From an uncultured Methanomicrobiaceae archaeon (GTDB lineage: Archaea > Halobacteriota > Methanomicrobia > Methanomicrobiales > Methanoculleaceae): a DNA stretch of 64,000 nt. How positions within the stretch are numbered: position 1 is the first letter of the stretch; every line of letters starts with the position of its first letter. Shown here in pieces: positions 10,625-20,840 of this stretch. The stretch is taken from contig CAWGXH010000004.1 in the NCBI GenBank assembly GCA_963826525.1, positions 1,664,001 to 1,728,000 on the forward strand, written 5' to 3'. The notes under the pieces were generated by a model. It was not told the origin of the DNA, did no database searches, and worked only from the letters and a program-made list of their open reading frames with translations. The position numbers and the translations under genes are program-made.

Positions 10625-12682
10625 TCAGGCCTCCGTAATCTTCTCGACCTTGACGGCACACGCCTTGAACTCGGGGATCTTGGCTATGGGATCGAGCGCG
10701 TTATTCGTCAGGACGTTCGCCGCACACTCCTTGTAGTGGAACGGCATGAACATGACGCCCTGCATGATCTCATCGGTTACTTTTGCAGGCACATCGACAC
10801 TGCCGCGCCGGGTGCTTGCCTTCACCAATTCGCCGTCCGCGATACCGAGTTCTTTTGCGTCCTCGGGGTTGATCTCGATCCAGCCGGTCGGGGCCTCTTT
10901 CTCAAGGTCCCACGACCTGCGGGTCATGGTTCCGGTATGCCACTGCCAGATGATACGGCCGGTGGTGAGGACGAACGGATACTCTGCATCCGGGACCTCT
11001 GCCGGTGGTTTCCACTCGATTGGGGTGAAGATACCGAGGCCGTCGGGGGTGGCGAACTTCGCGGTGTGGAGGATCGGCGTTCCCGGGTGGTCTTCTGTCG
11101 GGCAGGGCCAGTGGAGCCCATCCGGGTCGAGGCGTGCATAACTCATGCCGTGGTAGGACGGTGTGACGGCAGCAATCTCGTTGAAGACCTCTTCCGGGCT
11201 TGCAAAGTTGAACTGATCGCCCATGCCCATCCGTCCGGCAAGCTCGCAGAAGATCTTCCAGTCCTCTTTCGCTTCTCCGGGTGGCTCCTGGGCCTTTCTG
11301 AACCGCTGGACGCGCCGTTCGGTGTTGGTCTGGGTTCCGTCCTTCTCGGCGTAGCAGGATGCCGGAAGGACGACATCGGCGAGCTCCGCCGTCTCGCTCA
11401 TGAAGATGTCCTGGACGACGAGGAACTCGAGGTTCCCGAATGCCTCCTGTACATGGTGAAGGTCCGGGTCGGAGAGCATCGGGTTCTCACCCATGATGTA
11501 CATGGCTTTGAGTTTGCCGGGTTCGTCGGCAAGGACGTTCATCATCTCGGTGACGGTGTAGCCGACCTTTCCCTCGGCGATGCCGCAGCACCAGGCGTTC
11601 GCGAACTTTTTCTGGGCAGCCTCTTCGGTGACCTTCTGGTAGCCGGTGTAGACGTTCGGGAGGCAGCCCATGTCGCAGGCACCCTGGACGTTGTTCTGGC
11701 CGCGAAGTGCGTTCACGCCGCCGCCGCGCTTGCCCAGGTTGCCGGTGAGCATCTGGAGGTTCGCGGTGGATTTGACGTTGTCGACACCGACGGTATGCTG
11801 GGTGATACCCATCGAGTAGATCAGTGCTGCCACCTCGGCCTTCGCGATCCATTCGGCAGCAGTCCTGAGGCTCTCAACCGGAATGCCGGAGATCTTCGAG
11901 ACGTTCTCGAGGCTGTAGTTCTCCTTCATGACGACTTCTTTGAGTTTCTCGAAGTCCTTGGTGCGTTTTTCGATGAACTCCTTGTCTTCCCAGCCGTTTT
12001 TGATGATCTCCTGCATCAGGCCGTTCAGGACAGCAACATCCGTGCCGGAGGTGAATGGCATGTAGAGGTCGGCCTGTTTGGCCGTCGCCGTCTCACGCGG
12101 ATCTACATAGATTACCTTTCCGCCTTTCTCTTTCGCACGGATGATACTGCGTCCGATGAGGGGGTGCTGCTCGAAGGTGTTGCTGCCGATAATGAAGATG
12201 CACTTCGACTCGGCGATGTCCTTGATGGAGTTCGTCATCGCGCCGGAACCGAAGACGACTGCAAGGCCGGCGACGGTGGATGCGTGGCAGAGCCGGGCGC
12301 AGTGGTCGATGTGCGGGGTCTTCAGGACGCCGCGGGCGAACTTCTGCATCAGGTAGTTCTCCTCGTTGGAGACCCGTGCAGAAGAGAGACAGGCCATCTC
12401 TTCGGGTTTGTAGGACGTGAACTTCTGAGCGATCAGGTCGTAGGCCTCGTCCCAGGTCGCCTCGACGAACGTGCCGTCCTTCTTGATGAGCGGCGTTGTC
12501 AGCCGGTCGGGGCTGTTGATAAATTCATGGGCATAACGGCCCTTTGGACAGAGTTTGCCTCCGTTGACCGGGGCGCGCTGCCAGTGCGCGGTGTCGACAA
12601 CCTTGCCGTTGCGGACGACAAGGTTGAACCCGCACCCGGTGCCGCAGTACGGGCACGTCGTAGATACGTACTTAATATCCAT
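10625..12682 (-). CDS. fdhA: Formate dehydrogenase alpha subunit (Mo/W-bisPGD, Cys type), copy 1
   Basis: [10 protein letters not shown]...C Fe-S motif, [10 protein letters not shown] active site, RGQNNVQG, C-terminal [10 protein letters not shown]; ATG 12682 with GAGG SD. Confidence 0.95.
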   Translation of the reverse strand: MDIKYVSTTCPYCGTGCGFNLVVRNGKVVDTAHWQRAPVNGGKLCPKGRYAHEFINSPDRLTTPLIKKDGTFVEATWDEAYDLIAQKFTSYKPEEMACLSSARVSNEENYLMQKFARGVLKTPHIDHCARLCHASTVAGLAVVFGSGAMTNSIKDIAESKCIFIIGSNTFEQHPLIGRSIIRAKEKGGKVIYVDPRETATAKQADLYMPFTSGTDVAVLNGLMQEIIKNGWEDKEFIEKRTKDFEKLKEVVMKENYSLENVSKISGIPVESLRTAAEWIAKAEVAALIYSMGITQHTVGVDNVKSTANLQMLTGNLGKRGGGVNALRGQNNVQGACDMGCLPNVYTGYQKVTEEAAQKKFANAWCCGIAEGKVGYTVTEMMNVLADEPGKLKAMYIMGENPMLSDPDLHHVQEAFGNLEFLVVQDIFMSETAELADVVLPASCYAEKDGTQTNTERRVQRFRKAQEPPGEAKEDWKIFCELAGRMGMGDQFNFASPEEVFNEIAAVTPSYHGMSYARLDPDGLHWPCPTEDHPGTPILHTAKFATPDGLGIFTPIEWKPPAEVPDAEYPFVLTTGRIIWQWHTGTMTRRSWDLEKEAPTGWIEINPEDAKELGIADGELVKASTRRGSVDVPAKVTDEIMQGVMFMPFHYKECAANVLTNNALDPIAKIPEFKACAVKVEKITEA

Positions 12683-12874
12683 GGTTGTTCCTCGACGCGA
12701 GGGACTACATGGCTTGTAGTATTTAATACTGGTGGTTTCTGCAAAAAATTTGGTGAATAACGGTGGAACTCGGCCGGACAAAAGCCGGGAGTGGATCCCG
12801 GCCAGATCTGGTGCCGGTGATACCATGTACCCCTGTCCCCGAAAGGGACGAGGACGGGGGAAAAATGGGTTGGT

Positions 12875-14113
12875 TTACTTGAAGATGTTGAAGATCTGGT
12901 CGTCGCCGGTGTCGTGCAGGCGCTTCCTCTCAGTCTTCTCTTCAACGAGCGCCAGGATGGGCAGGGTCATATCCACACCGGGCTTCTGGCCGAACATCTC
13001 CTCGAGGTCGGTCTGCAGGGCGTGCATGAAGAGTGCGTTCGGGATATCCATCGCACAGAGTTCTTCGCACTGGCCGCAGTTGACACAGGAGTCGGAGATG
13101 TGGGCGAACCGGATCAGGTGGAACATGAAGTCCGGGGGTACCTTGCCGGGCTCGACCATGTCGGCCTTCTTGGTGCTGCACTCCACGCAGTAGCAGATCG
13201 GGCAGTTCTCGATGCAGGCGTAGCACTTGATGCAGCGGCTCGTCGCCTCCATGATCTTCTGGAGACGGTCGCGCCCCTCGCCGAGGCCGGCGAAGTCCTT
13301 TGCGCGCCACTTGTCGCCGAGTTTGAGCATCGCGTTCTCGACCTTGCCGCGGATCTCGATACCTTTGGGATTTGCCGCTTCGGTCTTGACGGCGCCTGCT
13401 TTCTCCGCGCCGGAGAGGAGTTCTGCGCCCTTCTCGGAGCAGACCTCGACGAAGGTTGCCTTGCCGGCCTTGTCGCCGATGACACCCCAGTTCCCTGCGG
13501 CAAGATCTGCCTGGCGGGGGACTTTCATCTTGCAGCGGCGGCAGTTGGAGCGGCGGCCGTAGCCTTCTTCCTCGAGTTCGTCGATGGAGATGCCCTTGTG
13601 CTGGCCGTCCTTGGTGATGACGATGAACTGGCCCTTGTCGATCTCCTCCTTGGCGACGTCGTCGGGGTTGATGCCGAACTTGTCGGCGATCATCTTGCGG
13701 GCGGAAACGGGGCTCACGGAGCCGCCGCAGTTCAGGCCGATCATGAAGACGTTGTCGAGGTTGACCTGGTTGCGCTTTGCGAGTTCGTAGAGACCCATTG
13801 CGTCGCAGCCCTTCACGGGGACGGCGATCTTCATGTCCTTAGCGCCGTCCAGGTACTTCTTGACGAGCTTTGAGAGCAGGAGCGTTCCGCAGTGGAGCGA
13901 CCCTGAGGTCTCTGCAATCTGTGCGGGGTCGGTGATGAGCGTGGGGACGGCATCGTAGATGTCCTGTCCCTTCTTGACGGCAAGGACAGCGTCGACGGTG
14001 CCGCTCTCGAGGGCGTACTTCAGGAGAGCGCTAACTGCTCCTCCGCACTCGCCCTTCTCCTGGCAGGCGGCGTCGGCTGCCCATGCGTAGATCTTGTCGC
14101 CTTGTGCTGCCAT
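12875..14113 (-). CDS. fdhB: Formate dehydrogenase beta subunit, copy 2
   Basis: Intact 412 aa ORF with GECGG, GSLHCG, RRSNCRRC and ferredoxin motifs. Confidence 0.95.
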   Translation of the reverse strand: MAAQGDKIYAWAADAACQEKGECGGAVSALLKYALESGTVDAVLAVKKGQDIYDAVPTLITDPAQIAETSGSLHCGTLLLSKLVKKYLDGAKDMKIAVPVKGCDAMGLYELAKRNQVNLDNVFMIGLNCGGSVSPVSARKMIADKFGINPDDVAKEEIDKGQFIVITKDGQHKGISIDELEEEGYGRRSNCRRCKMKVPRQADLAAGNWGVIGDKAGKATFVEVCSEKGAELLSGAEKAGAVKTEAANPKGIEIRGKVENAMLKLGDKWRAKDFAGLGEGRDRLQKIMEATSRCIKCYACIENCPICYCVECSTKKADMVEPGKVPPDFMFHLIRFAHISDSCVNCGQCEELCAMDIPNALFMHALQTDLEEMFGQKPGVDMTLPILALVEEKTERKRLHDTGDDQIFNIFK

Positions 14114-16201
14114 ATTCAGGCCTCCGTGATCTTCTCGACCTTAACGGCACATGCCTTGAACTCGGGGATCTTGGCGATGGGGTCGAGTGCGTTGTTGGTC
14201 AGGACGTTCGCCGCACATTCCGCGAAGTGGAACGGCATGAACATGACGCCCTGCATGATCTCATCGGTCACTTTTGCGGTGACGTTGACGGTGCCGCGGC
14301 GGGTGGTTGCCTTTACCATCTCTTTGTTCTTGATACCGAGTTCCTTGGCGTCTGCGGGGTTGATCTCAATCCAGCCGGTCGGGACTTCGTTATCGAGGGT
14401 CGCGGACCTGCGGGTCATGGAACCGGTATGCCAGTGCCAGAGGATACGGCCGGTGGTGAGGACGAACGGATACTCCGCGTCGGGGACCTCTGCCGGTGCT
14501 TTCCACTCGATCGGGGTAAAGACGCCGAGACCGTCGGGGTGGGCGAACTTCGCGGTGTGGAGGATCGGCGTTCCCGGGTGGTCTTCGGTGGGGCAGGGCC
14601 AGTGGAGGGCTTCGGGCCTGTTGAGCCGCTCGTAGTTCATGCCGTGGTAGGACGGCGTGACGGCGGCGACCTCGGTGAAGATCTCCTCGGCGCTCTGGTA
14701 GGGGAACTGGTTTGCGTAGCCCATCTTTGCCGCGAGTTCGGAGATGATCTTCCAGTCTTCCTTCGCCTGGCCGGGTGTGTCCTGGGCTTTGCGCCACATC
14801 TGGACGCGGCGTTCGGTGCTGGTCTGGGTGCCGTCGCGCTCGGCGTAGCAGGCTGCGGGGAGGACGACGTCCGCCATGGCGGCGGTCTCGGTCAGGAAGA
14901 TGTCCTGGACGACGAGGAACTCGAGGCTCTCGATCGCGTGCTTGACGTGGGTCAGGTCAGGGTCGGAGAGCATCGGGTTCTCGCCCATGATGTACATGGC
15001 CTTGAGTTCACCGGGCTTGTCGGTGAGGACGTCCATCATGACGGTGACTTCGTAGCCGTTCTTCGGCTCGCAGATGCCGTCGGGGAAGCCCCATGCATCG
15101 GCGAACTTCTTGTGGGCGGCCTCGTCGATGACCTTCTGGTAGCCGGTGAAGACGACGGGGAGCGCTCCCATGTCGCAGGCGCCCTGGACGTTGTTCTGGC
15201 CACGGAGTGCGTTCACGCCGCCGCCGGCTTTGCCCAGGTTGCCGAGAAGCATCTGGAGGTTGGCGGTGGACTTGACGTTGTCGACACCGACGGTGTGCTG
15301 GGTGATACCCATCGAGTAGAGGAGTGCCCCGGGCTTGGTGGTGCCGAGCCATTCGGCGGCGGTCTTGAGCTGCTCAACCGGGATGCCGGATATCTTCGAG
15401 ACGTTCTCGAGGCTGTAGTCCTCCTTCATGACGACTTCTTTGAGTTTCTCGAAGTCCTTGGTGCGGGTGGCGATGAATTCCTTGTCTTCCCAGCCGTTCT
15501 TGATGATCTCCTGCATCAGGCCGTTCAGAATAGCCACGTCGGAACCGGAGGTGAAGGCCATGTAGAGGTCGGCCTGCTTGGCGGTTGCAGTGTAGCGGGG
15601 GTCGGCGTAGATGAGCTTGGCACCGTTCATCTTTGCCTGCATCACTCTGCGTCCGATAAGGGGGTGCTGCTCGAAGGTGTTGCTGCCGATGATGAAGATA
15701 CACTTCGATTCGGCGATGTCGCCGATCGAGTTCGTCATCGCACCGGAGCCGAAGGCACCGGCGAGACCGGCGACGGTGGATGCGTGGCAGAGCCGGGCGC
15801 AGTGGTCGATGTGCCGGGACTTCATGACGCCGCGGGCGAACTTCATGAGCAGGTAGTTCTCTTCGTTCGAGACACGGGCGGAGGCGAGTGCCGCGAACTC
15901 GTCGGGCTTGTAGGACTTGAACTTCTGAGCGATCAGGTCGTAGGCCTCGTCCCAGGTCGCCTCGACGAACTGTGCCGTCCTTCTTGATGAGCGGCGTTGT
16001 CAGCCGGTCGGGGCTGTTGACGAACTCATGTGCATAGGTGCCCTTCGGGCATACCTTTCCCTCGTTGACGGGTGAACGCTGGTAGGGCGCCGTGCCGACG
16101 ACCTTGCCGTCCTTCACCACGAGGTTGAAACTGCATCCTGTGCCGCAGTACGGGCACGTAGTCTGTACATACTTGAACTCCATGGTAAAACCTCGGATAC
16201 A
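14100..16201. repeat. ~2.1 kb direct repeat, copy A (fdhA2 plus short flanks)
   Basis: Matches 17551..19651 at offset 3450-3451; by eye about 9 substitutions and 1 indel. Confidence 0.93.
14116..16183 (-). CDS. fdhA: Formate dehydrogenase alpha subunit, copy 2 (1-nt insertion near 15971)
   Basis: Near-identical to 17567..19633 apart from an extra T (gaactgtgcc vs gaacgtgcc) and a few substitutions. Confidence 0.93.
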
Positions 16202-16411
16202 TAGAACTTCGAGGTTAGGCATATTTAATTGTAATGATTAACTTTGGCGGTTTTGATGAATAACGGTGGGCTACAGCACCCCTCTTTTCAGGGGATCAAC
16301 TCAATGTCGCGATTTATCGGTCGGATCACCTTTTCAGCGCTTAATCTTGGGCTGTATCTCGATGCGCCCTGAACTGGCGCCGGATTGATTGCAGTGTGGA
16401 ACAAAAAAGGG

Positions 16412-17564
16412 TTAGTTGGTGTAGGATGCTCTTCCGAGTTTGGGCTCGAATGCAGTGTCACCCTCGGTCCTGATGGCATGCGAGAAGAGTGCAAGCGGGA
16501 TGTCCATCGGGCAGAGCTCTTCGCACTGGCCGCAGTTGACGCAGGTGTCGGAGATGTGCGCAAACCGCCGGAGGTGGAACATCGGGTTTGGCGGAACCTG
16601 TCCGGAGGTGACCATCCTGGAGTTTCCTTTGAGTTCCTCTGCAGCCGGGAAGCAGACCGGGCAGTTCTCGATGCAGGAGTAGCACTTGATGCACCGGGCC
16701 GTCTCGCGGCCGATGGTGCCCCAGAGGTCGGAGCTGAGCGCTTCGAAGTCGTTCTTTCGCCACTTGTTGCCGAGTTTGAGCATCGCGCTCTCGACCTTGC
16801 CGCGGATCTCGATAGCCTTGGGGTTCGGAGTCTCGGTCACCACTGCACCGGCAGCTACCGCCTTGTTCAGGAGTTCCGCACCCTTCTCGGAGCAGACCTC
16901 GACGAAGGTTGCCTTGCCGGCCTTGTCGCCGATGACACCCCAGTTGCCGCAGGCGAGATCTGCCTGGCGGGGGACCTTGTAGAGGCAGCGACGGCAGTTG
17001 GAGCGTCGACCGTAGCCCTCGTCCTCGAGTTCGTCGATCTTAATTCCCTTGTGGCCGCCTTCATACTCGATGATGAACTGGCCCTTGTCGATCTCCTCTT
17101 TGTGAACCGCATCGGGGTCGACTTCGAACTTCTCGGCGATCATCTTGCGGGCGGAAACGGGGCTTACGGACCCGCCGCAGTTCACGCCGAGCAGGAGGAG
17201 GCGATCCAGATCGACCGCATCCCGCTTCGCGGAGCTCGACGAGACCCATGAGGTCGCAGCCCTTCACCGTGACACCGATCCGTGCGGTCTTGTTGCTGTC
17301 CAGGAAGTTCTTCACCACTTTCGAGAGGAGGAGCGTCCCGCAGTGGAGGGATCCTGCCGTCTGCGCCAGATCTGCCGGGTTGGTGACGAGCGTGGGGACG
17401 GCATCGTAGAGGTCCTGCCCCTTCTTGACGGCAAGGACAGCGTCCACCATGCCGGATTTAAGGGCGTACTGCTGCAGGGCGGTGATCGCACCTCCGCACT
17501 CTCCCCTTTTCAGCATGTCGGCATCCGCCGCCCATGCGTAGACCATGTCTCCTTGTGCTGCCAT
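16412..17564 (-). CDS. fdhB: Formate dehydrogenase beta subunit, copy 3, shortened variant (frameshift near 17232)
   Basis: MAAQGD...GECGG...GSLHCG in ORF 17061..17564 continues as NCGG...RRSNCRRC...CVNCGQC in ORF 16412..17185. Confidence 0.9.
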
Positions 17565-19651
17565 ATTCAGGCCTCCGTGATCTTCTCGACCTTAACGGCA
17601 CATGCCTTGAACTCGGGGATCTTGGCGATGGGGTCGAGTGCGTTGTTGGTCAGGACGTTCGCCGCACATTCCGCGAAGTGGAACGGCATGAACATAACGC
17701 CCTGCATGATCTCATCGGTCACTTTTGCGGTGACGTTGACGGTGCCGCGGCGGGTGGTCGCCTTTACCATCTCTTTGTTCTTGATACCGAGTTCCTTGGC
17801 GTCTGCGGGGTTGATCTCAATCCAGCCGGTCGGGACTTCGTTATCGAGAGTCGCGGACCTGCGGGTCATGGAACCGGTATGCCAGTGCCAGAGGATACGG
17901 CCGGTGGTGAGGACGAACGGATACTCCGCGTCCGGGACCTCTGCCGGTGCTTTCCACTCGATCGGGGTAAAGACGCCGAGACCGTCGGGGTGGGCGAACT
18001 TCGCGGTGTGGAGGATCGGCGTTCCCGGGTGGTCTTCGGTGGGGCAGGGCCAGTGGAGGGCTTCGGGCCTGTTGAGCCGCTCGTAGTTCATGCCGTGGTA
18101 GGACGGCGTGACGGCGGCGACCTCGGTGAAGATCTCCTCGGCGCTCTGGTAGGGGAACTGGTTTGCGTAGCCCATCTTTGCCGCGAGTTCGGAGATGATC
18201 TTCCAGTCTTCCTTCGCCTGGCCGGGTGTGTCCTGGGCTTTGCGCCACATCTGGACGCGGCGTTCGGTGCTGGTCTGGGTGCCGTCGCGCTCGGCGTAGC
18301 AGGCTGCGGGGAGGACGACGTCCGCCATGGCGGCGGTCTCGGTCAGGAAGATGTCCTGGACGACGAGGAACTCGAGGCTCTCGATCGCGTGCTTGACGTG
18401 GGTCAGGTCAGGGTCGGAGAGCATCGGGTTCTCGCCCATGATGTACATGGCCTTGAGTTCACCGGGCTTGTCGGTGAGGACGTCCATCATGACGGTGACT
18501 TCGTAGCCGTTCTTCGGCTCGCAGATGCCGTCGGGGAAGCCCCATGCATCGGCGAACTTCTTGTGGGCGGCCTCGTCGATGACCTTCTGGTAGCCGGTGA
18601 AGACGACGGGGAGCGCTCCCATGTCGCAGGCGCCCTGGACGTTGTTCTGGCCACGGAGTGCGTTCACGCCGCCGCCGGCTTTGCCCAGGTTGCCGAGAAG
18701 CATCTGGAGGTTGGCGGTGGACTTGACGTTGTCGACACCGACGGTGTGCTGGGTGATACCCATCGAGTAGAGGAGTGCCCCGGGCTTGGTGGTGCCGAGC
18801 CATTCGGCGGCGGTCTTGAGCTGCTCAACCGGGATGCCGGATAGCTTCGAGACGTTCTCGAGGCTGTAGTCCTCCTTCATGACGACTTCTTTGAGTTTCT
18901 CGAAGTCCTTGGTGCGGGTGGCGATGAACTCCTTGTCTTCCCAGCCGTTCTTGATGATCTCCTGCATCAGGCCGTTCAGAATAGCCACGTCGGAACCGGA
19001 GGTGAAGGCCATGTAGAGGTCGGCCTGCTTGGCGGTTGCAGTGTAGCGGGGGTCGGCGTAGATGAGCTTGGCACCGTTCATCTTTGCCTGCATCACTCTG
19101 CGTCCGATAAGGGGGTGCTGCTCGAAGGTGTTGCTGCCGATGATGAAGATACACTTCGATTCGGCGATGTCGCCGATCGAGTTCGTCATCGCACCGGAGC
19201 CGAAGGCACCGGCGAGACCGGCGACGGTGGATGCGTGGCAGAGCCGGGCGCAGTGGTCGATGTGCCGGGACTTCATGACACCGCGGGCGAACTTCATGAG
19301 CAGGTAGTTCTCTTCGTTCGAGACACGGGCGGAGGCGAGTGCCGCGAACTCGTCGGGCTTGTAGGACTTGAACTTCTGAGCGATCAGGTCGTAGGCCTCG
19401 TCCCAGGTCGCCTCGACGAACGTGCCGTCCTTCTTGATGAGCGGCGTTGTCAGCCGGTCGGGGCTGTTGACGAACTCATGTGCATAGGTGCCCTTCGGGC
19501 ATACCTTTCCCTCGTTGACGGGTGAACGCTGGTAGGGCGCCGTGCCGACGACCTTGCCGTCCTTCACCACGAGGTTGAAACTGCATCCCGTGCCGCAGTA
19601 CGGGCACGTCGTCTGTACATACTTGAACTCCATGGTAAAACCTCGGATACA
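17551..19651. repeat. ~2.1 kb direct repeat, copy B (fdhA3 plus short flanks)
   Basis: Matches 14100..16201. Confidence 0.93.
17567..19633 (-). CDS. fdhA: Formate dehydrogenase alpha subunit, copy 3
   Basis: Intact 688 aa ORF with [18 protein letters not shown] and RGQNNVQG. Confidence 0.96.
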   Translation of the reverse strand: MEFKYVQTTCPYCGTGCSFNLVVKDGKVVGTAPYQRSPVNEGKVCPKGTYAHEFVNSPDRLTTPLIKKDGTFVEATWDEAYDLIAQKFKSYKPDEFAALASARVSNEENYLLMKFARGVMKSRHIDHCARLCHASTVAGLAGAFGSGAMTNSIGDIAESKCIFIIGSNTFEQHPLIGRRVMQAKMNGAKLIYADPRYTATAKQADLYMAFTSGSDVAILNGLMQEIIKNGWEDKEFIATRTKDFEKLKEVVMKEDYSLENVSKLSGIPVEQLKTAAEWLGTTKPGALLYSMGITQHTVGVDNVKSTANLQMLLGNLGKAGGGVNALRGQNNVQGACDMGALPVVFTGYQKVIDEAAHKKFADAWGFPDGICEPKNGYEVTVMMDVLTDKPGELKAMYIMGENPMLSDPDLTHVKHAIESLEFLVVQDIFLTETAAMADVVLPAACYAERDGTQTSTERRVQMWRKAQDTPGQAKEDWKIISELAAKMGYANQFPYQSAEEIFTEVAAVTPSYHGMNYERLNRPEALHWPCPTEDHPGTPILHTAKFAHPDGLGVFTPIEWKAPAEVPDAEYPFVLTTGRILWHWHTGSMTRRSATLDNEVPTGWIEINPADAKELGIKNKEMVKATTRRGTVNVTAKVTDEIMQGVMFMPFHFAECAANVLTNNALDPIAKIPEFKACAVKVEKITEA

Positions 19652-20148
19652 CTGACTTCGGGGTTAGGTATATTTAATTATACTGATTAACTTTGGTGGG
19701 TTCAGTTACCCTTGATAGGCGATTGGGGTTGTCTATCTCCTGCCCTGCAGAAAATCCGGTAAACCCCAGATATCTGTGTATTTAAAGCTGGTGCAATCCG
19801 TGACTATATCGACGCGCTCCGGGTCGGATAACTAGGCGGTTTGAAGAACTCGCGGGAGACTGCTGCATCGGAAGTATAAAGTGTTCCTCCGTCCTTTCTG
19901 CATGGTTTGAACGGACCTTCCCGTCAGTCCCGTTTCACTGCCGGCCCGGGCGGTATCCATGCCCCCGATCACGAGTGAACCGGGAACAATCATGGGGGAT
20001 GGAGGGAGATGGGGATGCGCAGAACATTGTCGCAGGGGCGATCTCCGCCGGGCGCTTCACGCCGGCATCATCGCACCCGGAGAGAGATGTTAATAACGGT
20101 GGAAGCTGATACCTGCACAAAATCTCTCCGCTCCGGTGATATCATAGT

Positions 20149-20803
20149 ATGAAGAAAATTCTGCTCCCCCCTATGCTTATCGACCTCGTCGGCAGCGCCC
20201 TTGTCTCGATGGATGGTGTTGCATTCACCGAGCTCGACGCATGCCCGTCGTGCGGGGGATCGCTCACCGGGCACGATCTCCGGAAAAAGAGGTTTGCTGT
20301 GGTCATGGAGGGCGGAAAACCCCGTGTCATCCACGTACACGTCAAGCGATTCTACTGTAATCGCTGCAAAAATCTCTGTTATGCAGAAGCGCCGTTTTAT
20401 CCGGAGACACGTCTTGGCTCTCCCGTCGTCGATCTCTGCGCCCTCCTCGCTGCGCGGATGCCGTTCCACCGGGTGGCACGCCTGCTTGCGGCAATGGGCG
20501 TTATCGTCGATCGCGGGACGATCCGGAACTATGCTGCCCGGGACTTCGGGCGGATTCCCTATACCGAGCCTCTTCGGCGTCACGCTCCCTATGTCGCTCT
20601 TAAACCTCTCCCTCTCTGCCGTCGGAAGCAAGCATCGTTCCATCCCGGGGGCAGAAGCGCTCGCTGCCTGTGGTTTCAAAGCCGCAGACCGGGCAGCGCT
20701 TCACGGCAGGAGGCTTCCCGAAGAGCGGGATCAGCGGAATGAAGAGAAACAGGGCGAAGAAGGGAAACCCCATCAGCAGCGACACCACCGTGATAGCAAC
20801 TGA
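20149..20803 (+). CDS. Zn-ribbon plus HTH protein resembling a transposase N-terminus (probable frameshift near 20570)
   Basis: CPSC...CNRC followed by PFHRVARLLAAMGVIVDRGTIRNY; GGTGA SD upstream; the 3' end is uncertain. Confidence 0.55.
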
Positions 20804-20840
20804 TACGGCTAGCAGGATGAGGGTCAGGGACCACCGTTTC
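20600..20840 (-). CDS. Small membrane protein with C-terminal Zn ribbon (start uncertain)
   Basis: Hydrophobic WSLTLILLAVSVAITVVSLLMGFPFFALFLFIPLIPLF then CPVC...FCPRDG; follows the mfnF-like gene on the same strand. Confidence 0.55.

Noticed and set aside
10505-18844. Long plus-strand ORFs of 436-751 aa opposite the fdh genes
   Set aside because: Antisense shadows of high-GC3, strongly biased genes; no recognisable domains.
10625-19633. Selenocysteine recoding in FdhA
   Set aside because: All copies have a Cys codon in CARLCH and no in-frame TGA.
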